Shown here piece after piece: positions 1 to 6,316 of a DNA stretch of 64,000 nt; the stretch's first letter is position 1, and each line of letters opens with the position of its first letter. The DNA lies in NCBI GenBank assembly GCA_947455725.1, contig CANGPL010000007.1, forward strand, positions 6,847 to 70,846, in the 5' to 3' direction. Source of the DNA: Hyphomicrobiales bacterium. Its GTDB lineage: Bacteria > Pseudomonadota > Alphaproteobacteria > Rhizobiales > Beijerinckiaceae. The notes under the pieces were generated by a model, which had not been told where the DNA came from, searched no databases, and was given only the letters and a program-made list of their open reading frames with translations. The position numbers were made by a program, and so were the translations under genes.

Positions 1-227
1 CCAATTAACTATTAGATTCCAGATATTTGTATTTTACGAGAATAATTTTACCCACAGTTTAACCCACAAAATTGCAATCCTGAACTTCTTAGCTTGATAA
101 TTTTCCTAGCCATTTTCCCGGGTGGTAGGCAATTCAAATTTCTCTTGAATAATGATTAGCCTGCTTCGACTTAGCATCGGGAATCCTGTTGCTTACAAAA
201 GCTACAAGCCCTCCCAGCGCGTTATTA

Positions 228-250
228 TTCTACATAAACTTTCCGTAGAA
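228..250. promoter_or_regulatory. Inverted TCTAC/GTAGA motif (TTCTACATAAACTTTCCGTAGAA), a possible operator related to 673-695
   Basis: The half-sites TCTACATAA and TTCCGTAGA recur (the latter as its reverse complement TCTACGGAA) at 673-695 on the other side of the XRE gene. Confidence 0.3.
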
Positions 251-380
251 TAGGTATCGTGTCAGTGAGCAAATACCAAATTAAGTCAAACGTTTATCAA
301 TGCCCCCCCTTGGGGGGTATGCTGAAAAAAGGAGGCTTTCAGTAGCAAATTCGTAGCTATTTATTAGTGAGAGGGCTCAG

Positions 381-668
381 CTATACAGTTTTCTTCCTGC
401 CACTTTTTAATCTCAAGACTTGCAGGTTTTCCGGGATCTGCTGAATAAGCTGAACTGTTTCGACGCCAAGTGCAGCCGCTAAGTCATCTAAAATATCTAT
501 CGTGGGATTTCTAATACCCCGCTCAATACCGCTAACGTAAGTCCGATCGACATTGGCGGCGAACGCCAAAGCCTCCTGAGACAAGCCCGCCCGAACTCGT
601 AAAATCCTAATATTTTTCGAAAGAGCGATACGGGACTTCATGCCCCGATCTGCTGCCATTGACGACAA
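381..668 (-). CDS. XRE-family helix-turn-helix transcriptional regulator
   Basis: Typical HTH_3 sequence (LRVRAGLSQEALAFAANVDRTYVSGIERGIRNPTIDIL). The start may be an internal Met (M10, 641). Confidence 0.8.
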   Translation of the reverse strand: MSSMAADRGMKSRIALSKNIRILRVRAGLSQEALAFAANVDRTYVSGIERGIRNPTIDILDDLAAALGVETVQLIQQIPENLQVLRLKSGRKKTV

Positions 669-672
669 TCAA

Positions 673-695
673 TCTACGGAATATCGTCTACATAA
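673..695. promoter_or_regulatory. Operator-like repeat TCTACGGAATATCGTCTACATAA in the divergent promoter region between the XRE gene and the 777 ORF
   Basis: Two TCTAC half-sites 14 bp apart, sharing both 9-mers with the 228-250 site. Confidence 0.35.
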
Positions 696-776
696 TATTG
701 ATTGCTTAGTCACGAAAACCCCGTCTGGGACTAAAGTTAACGTGAATTGACGTGAAAATCTTTTATGGGTTTATGA

Positions 777-1031
777 ATGAATAGCGCATCATTCTATTTG
801 TCATACTGTATCGGCACAACCCTCTTAGCCATCATTTTGACAGGGCTCTCGTTCACCTTTTTAAAGAATTTAAAGGATAAAGATAACAGGCTGATTTTTT
901 CATCACTCATTTCGGTAATAATTTTAGCGATCGCTGGCGGGGTTCAACAAAGCCCGGCCGATCTAATTTTTCTATCACTAATGTCGCAGTTAACCGCTAC
1001 GGGATTTCTATTCTATTTTGCTAAGAGGTAA
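777..1031 (+). CDS. Small hydrophobic membrane protein (about 3 predicted TM segments), unknown family
   Basis: 84-aa ORF with long hydrophobic stretches, divergent from the XRE regulator. Confidence 0.5.
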   Translation: MNSASFYLSYCIGTTLLAIILTGLSFTFLKNLKDKDNRLIFSSLISVIILAIAGGVQQSPADLIFLSLMSQLTATGFLFYFAKR

Positions 1032-1050
1032 TCTTTATTGGGGTCAAATA

Positions 1051-1173
1051 ATGATTGAACAATCAATGCGATTTTTGGCGATCGTTGAAGTAATTATTAT
1101 TAGTTTGCTACTGGTAGGAGCATATTTCGTGATCCGAAGCGTCATAGCATCCTTCAAGAAAAAAACTGACTGA
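1051..1173 (+). CDS. 40-aa single-TM peptide (MIEQSMRFLAIVEVIIISLLLVGAYFVIRSVIASFKKKTD), not in the ORF track
   Basis: Hand-translated. The ATG lies 20 nt after the stop of the 777 ORF. It has a hydrophobic core and a basic C-terminus. Small size makes the call tentative. Confidence 0.35.
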   Translation: MIEQSMRFLAIVEVIIISLLLVGAYFVIRSVIASFKKKTD

Positions 1174-1344
1174 ACGTGGAAGCTTATCTGCCGATTTTCT
1201 CACTATAGATTTCTAAAGTCTCCGCCTAATTGATAGAAATTCATGTATAAGCGCGGCCTAATATTACATACTAAAAAATTTAGTGTGTTTTAATTTCGTA
1301 AGTCATTGAGAAAATACTCGCCAATATAAAACCATCCAAGATTT

Positions 1345-1746
1345 TTAATTTAAAGGATCTTTAAAACATATTTTCAAATAGGGTGATTTAGCCAACCAAC
1401 ATTCAAATTCACCCTCGTGACTATCAATTGCACGTCTTTTGTCTAATTTTGCCGAATTATCGTTCCAACTACCCTCTATTATGTATCTTCTTTGAGAGTT
1501 AAACTTAATATTGAAAAAATACTCACCTTGCCCGACGCTACTCACGATTTCGCAGTGATGATCATTCCAAATTGGCGCCCCATTCTCTCGCTCAATAAAA
1601 TAGCATTCTTTTTCTAAAACTGAGTCATAACCAAAAGCGATTGAAGGCGCACATTCCGCAGAGAACAATACGAGAATAATATATCCAATTTTTTTTAGCA
1701 TTGGGACCATTCTATTACTACGTTTGGCATCTGTTCGATTATTCAC
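1345..1746 (-). CDS. Small secreted Cys-containing protein, unknown family (probable start at M16, 1701)
   Basis: Signal-peptide-like MLKKIGYIILVLFSAECAPSIAFG. Co-oriented with and downstream of the PBP-like gene. Confidence 0.55.
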   Translation of the reverse strand: MNNRTDAKRSNRMVPMLKKIGYIILVLFSAECAPSIAFGYDSVLEKECYFIERENGAPIWNDHHCEIVSSVGQGEYFFNIKFNSQRRYIIEGSWNDNSAKLDKRRAIDSHEGEFECWLAKSPYLKICFKDPLN

Positions 1747-1913
1747 TTAACGTATTAAACACGTTTTGATTCCACTAGCGCTTTACGTAATTTTAGCTAC
1801 TCGTTTGTCAGATAGTGCCAACCACAAATTATGATTTTTATGCTCGCATTTTTGAGCGACTAATCCGAACATTAAACCGCGATAAATTTGACTTCGATCG
1901 ACATAAACTTCAT

Positions 1914-3071
1914 CTACGGATAAATCGCTTTTATTATTTTAGCCGCCATTGGTCCAGCATTCCATCCTGCTGTTACATGATTGTCAGTTGCTTTTAAGGC
2001 ATGAGGCTCGTCAAGCATCGTGTAGACCAGATATTTAGGTTTGTCGGCGGGTACGACAGCAACAAAATGAGTGACAACTTTATCTGGGTCATACTTGCCA
2101 CCAATATTTTTATTAGCCGTACCTGATAGTCCACCAACCTTGATATTACTCAGGTTAAGCTTCGTACCAGACCCTCTAACTACGTTCTCCCGCATTACTG
2201 AGCGCATAAAAGCCGACGTTTCATCTGAGATTACATGAAACCGAATAGCGTCGTTTGCGCCAATCTTATAAATCGTCGGCTGAACCACGAATCCGCCATT
2301 TACCATCGCCGCCATAACAACGGCTGACTGAAGTGGGGAAGTCGCTATCCCGTGTCCATAGCTCACAGTAGCAGTCGTTATATCAGACCAATATGAGGGA
2401 ACTTTAGGTTCGACGGATCTCAGACCCTCAACCTTCAATTCTTTAAACTGCCCAAAAGCCATGACATATTTTTTGAAAGTGTCATTGCCTAGCCGTTCAG
2501 CAATTTTCACTCGTCCGATATTTGAAGCTTTCAAAATGATATCAGTTAGACTGAGTTTAGTCTGAGCCGGTTCGTAATCACTAATAGTATACTTCCCAAA
2601 CTTTATGGGCTTTCTGACATCGATAAAACTATCTGCTTTTATAACTTTTTCCTGAAGACCCGCTGCAACCGTTATGGCTTTAGCACTGATACCAACTTCG
2701 TAAAGACCCTCCGTCACCAAATTAAACTGTATGCCGCTCTCAGCCGGATGAGCGTTAAAATTTTCAACCGAACTTATTGCAAGGATTTCGCCCGTTTCGA
2801 CGTCCATAACCAACGCAGCACCTTGCTTTGCCCGATAGCGATCGACAGCAAAGATAACTTCCCTTTGAACTTCATCGTTCAATTTTCCGTCAAAAGAAAG
2901 CTGACGGGTATCAAGGGCTGCCAGCCTATCGGGTGGGATGTATTGTAAAGGGGAGCCGCTACTTTGTGTCAACGATACTCCAGTTCGATCTTTTATGTCC
3001 TGAGCCAAACATGGCGACCAAAGCGTTGTCGAAATTAGTATCGCTACGGCACATTTAGAATAAAAATTCAT
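1914..3071 (-). CDS. Secreted penicillin-binding-protein transpeptidase-domain protein with degenerate active-site motifs
   Basis: Signal peptide present. Eye alignment to the FtsI transpeptidase gives YEVGISAKAITVAAGL vs FEPGSTVKP, KASNIG (SxN kept) and GLSGTA vs KTGTA. Confidence 0.75.
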   Translation of the reverse strand: MNFYSKCAVAILISTTLWSPCLAQDIKDRTGVSLTQSSGSPLQYIPPDRLAALDTRQLSFDGKLNDEVQREVIFAVDRYRAKQGAALVMDVETGEILAISSVENFNAHPAESGIQFNLVTEGLYEVGISAKAITVAAGLQEKVIKADSFIDVRKPIKFGKYTISDYEPAQTKLSLTDIILKASNIGRVKIAERLGNDTFKKYVMAFGQFKELKVEGLRSVEPKVPSYWSDITTATVSYGHGIATSPLQSAVVMAAMVNGGFVVQPTIYKIGANDAIRFHVISDETSAFMRSVMRENVVRGSGTKLNLSNIKVGGLSGTANKNIGGKYDPDKVVTHFVAVVPADKPKYLVYTMLDEPHALKATDNHVTAGWNAGPMAAKIIKAIYP

Positions 3072-3323
3072 ATTTATACCTTGCTTGAAAGACCGTTTTG
3101 ATAGTGCGCTCCGAGCGTTAATTTCTCCTTAAGAATTACTAGCATCAGAATCCATGCGATATTACAGTTAGATCCGCTTTTCATTCCGCCTTCGGCAGGC
3201 CGCTACGCGGCGATTACACAATTTGAGATTATTCTCAATGTTGAGGCTAAATAGACTGATCGCTGGTGGAGGTTTGAGGGAAGCGTTCCTCTTGCCGCTG
3301 AGGGAATACTCTGGATTTTAGGC

Positions 3324-3350
3324 AAGACTTCCCTTTTAAGGGGAAGTCTT
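3324..3350. other. Perfect 10-bp stem hairpin (AAGACTTCCC-ttttaag-GGGAAGTCTT)
   Basis: Read directly. It lies between the degraded gene and the PBP-like gene. A possible terminator, but the T-tract is poor. Confidence 0.3.
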
Positions 3351-3359
3351 TTGATCGCC

Positions 3360-3975
3360 GGAGCCAAGCCGTCGGTCAGCGTGCGATTTGCGAAACCTTT
3401 CTCAAGGTAGGGGCGGCTAGCCGGTCTCCCTTTACACGCAGCTTCATCCAGCGGAAGCTTTTTGGTCAGCTAATCGCCCAACCGACCAATGCTTTGGAGG
3501 TAATTCTCCTCCTCGTGACAACATTGCTGTCGCCTTTTTGGTGATGCCCTTCACCGATTGACGCCTTTCCCACACGCTCTTCAACTGGCGATGGAAGCGT
3601 ACCTGTCTGAGGCTGGCTATGTACGGTAATTTAGTTCTCCTTGCTTCTATCGATGAATCCTTTCAGGTAAGCGGCTGAGTGAACATAACTCAAGCCTATG
3701 GATGCCTGAACGAGCTCTTGAATCGATTTTCCCGTTCGCCGCAAACGATAATCTGAAGATATAAAATTTCTGTCTGAAAGCGTTCGGGGCATATACGACC
3801 ACGCTCCAGACTTAAGATGAACTCGGCACCTGTCTCCATGGCCTCCTTGCAGGCTGGCTGAATGGTACTCGCTGCCGACCTTTCTACCGCCTGGCAACAG
3901 TTCACGGCAGAGCCTGAGACAATCAATTTGATCCAGTCGTTCAGGCTGACATCGATTTTTCCGATCACCTATCAT
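3360..3975 (-). pseudogene. Frameshifted or interrupted gene remnant downstream of the excisionase-like gene
   Basis: Two overlapping ORFs in different frames (3696-3968 and 3631-3975) each look protein-like over only part of their length. A further open segment (YIASLRQVRFHRQLKSVWERRQSVKG...) continues in a third frame after the stop at 3631. Confidence 0.3.
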
Positions 3976-4237
3976 TACGCTTACCTTCCAAAAGGCGCGT
4001 AATTTCAGTCGCTGGTACTAAACGACGTCCAAGAATTCGTATGGTCGATAATTGTCCTGCCGCGGTTTGATTATAAAATGTGGCACGACTGATACCAAAC
4101 ATCGAACAATATTCATTTATTGAGTAAGCTTGGCGGCATTTATTATAATTTTCTGCCAAATGGATGGGTGTTTTATCAGGCTCTAAAGATGCCCGTCCGC
4201 CCAAAACCAATTCTATTGAATGTAATTTTCGACCCAT
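3965..4237 (-). CDS. Excisionase/AlpA-like helix-turn-helix DNA-binding protein
   Basis: 90 aa with an HTH-like segment (INEYCSMFGISRATFYNQTAAGQL). Located immediately downstream of the integrase on the same strand. Confidence 0.6.
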   Translation of the reverse strand: MGRKLHSIELVLGGRASLEPDKTPIHLAENYNKCRQAYSINEYCSMFGISRATFYNQTAAGQLSTIRILGRRLVPATEITRLLEGKRNDR

Positions 4238-4440
4238 CCGAAAGCCCTACAAAAATGAACAACACGCTTACCAAACTGTGGTAGGCCTTGTGTCGCTTCA
4301 TCTCCGGCGCGGAAAATCGGCGGTCAGTATAAACATTTGACTGGGTCGTCCGGCGCGAACGTTACTCAGTCAATTGTTCTTGGTTTGTACTTCTAATTGA
4401 TCGCGACTGTCAATAGGAGATTTTTAGAAGTTGGCTGGTT

Positions 4441-5733
4441 TTAAATAGCGCTGCCAGACCAACAATACTCTCCCCACGCCGCCATAAGCACCCTGCGTTT
4501 GTCGAATAAATCGGTGCGTCTGTAAGCTGCTTCAACTTTATCGGCGACAACATGCGCAAGAGCCGCCTCAGACACCGCGTGAGGCGTAGTCGTTGCCTCT
4601 TCACACCAATCACGAAAGGTAGATCGAAAGCCGTGGGGGACTATTGGCCGCCCATAAGCATCGTTCCATTGCATTTTGCTTACGTCGCTGACTTCATTCA
4701 TACCCCGAACTAATTGCGATAATGCCATGTCGGAAAGAGGGGTCAAACCGGATCCTTTAGAACTTGGAAATACCAATCCCTTGTCGTCGCGTTTCAATTT
4801 TTCGACTTGAGCTAAAATTTCAACTGATTGTTTAGAGAGTGGAATTCGGTGCTCTCGTTTTGCTTTCATTCGTTCGGCGGCAATCGTCCAAGTCAAATTG
4901 TCTAAATCGATCTCCTGCCAAGTAGCCCCACGCACTTCACCAGATCTACTTGCATTTAAGATACAAAATAGAAGCGCTACTGCCGATACACTGGGATTTT
5001 TCCGTAATTCTGAAACAAACGACGGTAATAATTTCCATGGTAGAGCCGGATGATGTCGGGTTCTCTTTAATCGGCTGGTAGGCGGTAACCGATGTATCAG
5101 ACCTCCTTTCCACCGGGCAGGATTTTCTCCGGCCCGAAAGCCTTTCGATGCAGCAAAGTCAAAGATTTTTTCTAATCTTCCTCTAACCCTTGAAGCTGTT
5201 TCAGGGATTTTCGTCCATATATCATTCAAAACCAGTTCGATATCATCCGTTTCTATTTCTCCTACTGGGCGATCGCCAATTTTTGGCAATACGTAAGTTT
5301 CCAGCGTTGATATCCATTGCTTGCAGTGTTTGGGATCACTCCACGCTGCTGACTGAACGGCAATATAATCTCGGGCGACGGTTTCGACGCTAATTTGGCT
5401 GATTTCTTTTTGCCGCCGCTGTGCAATAGCTTGTTTCCGCTCCGCTTCACGATGTTCCTTGGGATTAATTCCGCGCCTCAGGAGTGCCTTTGCTTCGGTA
5501 GCTTTTAAACGAGCATCTGCCAGCGAAAGGCCTCTGTCCTCGCCCGTCATTAGGCTTCCTAGCCCCATGTATTCTGATCGACCACTTTGCTGAAAGCGAA
5601 ATATCCACGACTTTGTACCCCCGGGCATAATTTGAAGGTAAAGGCCATTACCGTCGCTTAATAAATAAGCTCCGCCTTTTCGATTTGACGGGAATTTGGC
5701 TGAAGCGACTTGCCGCGCTGATAATTTTGGCAT
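4441..5733 (-). CDS. Tyrosine recombinase/integrase, P4-like (DUF4102 arm-binding N-terminus)
   Basis: N-terminus KLSARQVASAK...LSDGNGLYLQIMPGGTKSWIFRF. The C-terminal catalytic region has HGFRSTFRDW and a conserved Tyr region (EAAYRR). Confidence 0.9.
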   Translation of the reverse strand: MPKLSARQVASAKFPSNRKGGAYLLSDGNGLYLQIMPGGTKSWIFRFQQSGRSEYMGLGSLMTGEDRGLSLADARLKATEAKALLRRGINPKEHREAERKQAIAQRRQKEISQISVETVARDYIAVQSAAWSDPKHCKQWISTLETYVLPKIGDRPVGEIETDDIELVLNDIWTKIPETASRVRGRLEKIFDFAASKGFRAGENPARWKGGLIHRLPPTSRLKRTRHHPALPWKLLPSFVSELRKNPSVSAVALLFCILNASRSGEVRGATWQEIDLDNLTWTIAAERMKAKREHRIPLSKQSVEILAQVEKLKRDDKGLVFPSSKGSGLTPLSDMALSQLVRGMNEVSDVSKMQWNDAYGRPIVPHGFRSTFRDWCEEATTTPHAVSEAALAHVVADKVEAAYRRTDLFDKRRVLMAAWGEYCWSGSAI

Positions 5734-6025
5734 TTTTGCAACTTTTTAAAATTACGGTATTGCCCAATTCTATCAACCCACAATTAAACTCACAATAATT
5801 TTCTGTATATGAGCGTACACTCCTGGACAAGTGGAGACAATAAATCGTATAAATATATGATTTTAAATAATTTATTTTTCAGCTATTGATAGCTGTACAC
5901 AAAATGCGGGCAGACCCCCTCTCCGCCATTCATAACCTCAGGCTCGACCGGGTTATATTGTCAAATTCGGCTTACCCGCGAATAAGGGTGATGTAGCCCC
6001 TTTAAAAATTCCAAAACTGAAACAG

Positions 6026-6140
6026 TTTAAAAGCCATGCTAGGTTAGTCAGCCCTCACGTTGTTTAATCAGCCATGCTGGGGCCAGCGCGTTTCAACCGC
6101 TGATTATAGGCCGATGAATGATTAATTCAGCCTATGCTAT
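6026..6140. repeat. Three spaced direct copies of about TTAAtCAGCCaTGCT upstream of the autotransporter gene
   Basis: Read directly: tttaaaagccatgct (6026), tttaatcagccatgct (6063), ttaattcagcctatgct (6122). Confidence 0.4.
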
Positions 6141-6316
6141 TAAAGCTCGATAATGTTAAACTTCATTGATAACAGTATTTGCGTAGCCTTGAGTATGTTT
6201 AAATTAACAGTAAAGTCTGTTGTCTGTTTCAGTGATTTACCTTAAGTGGATTAGGACTCATAAGGTTGTGTGACATCGTAGTTTAGTGAGTCAATTCATA
6301 AAACTAAGACTACGTA

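Larger units (their letters stand above)
1..6316. mobile_element. AT-rich integrase-associated genomic island or island remnant (left end outside window, right boundary uncertain, may extend through the autotransporter to ~8.5 kb)
   Basis: Composition is AT-rich by eye relative to sequence beyond ~8.6 kb. A P4-type tyrosine integrase and an excisionase-like HTH gene sit at the right end, and the cargo is orphan secreted or membrane proteins. No att repeats or tRNA were identified. Confidence 0.5.

Noticed and set aside
302-318. A C7-TT-G6 hairpin downstream of the XRE gene, considered as a terminator
   Set aside because: The loop is too small and no T-tract follows on the relevant (minus) strand. 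Not reported as a terminator.
1815-1997. A 60-aa plus-strand ORF overlapping the 3' end of the PBP-like gene, and 2748-2948 inside it
   Set aside because: They have no features and are fully or largely overlapped by the much longer motif-bearing minus-strand gene.
60-5800. A possible att direct repeat, AACCCACAA(A)ATT, at ~62-76 and ~5783-5795
   Set aside because: Only a 9-mer core is shared, the flanks do not align, and matches of this length are expected by chance in 6 kb of AT-rich DNA.
5734-6316. A search for a tRNA or tmRNA 3' end next to the integrase
   Set aside because: No GGTTCGAnTCC-type T-arm, acceptor stem or CCA pattern was found on either strand by eye. No tRNA feature is reported, though a proper tRNAscan/ARAGORN run is still advisable.
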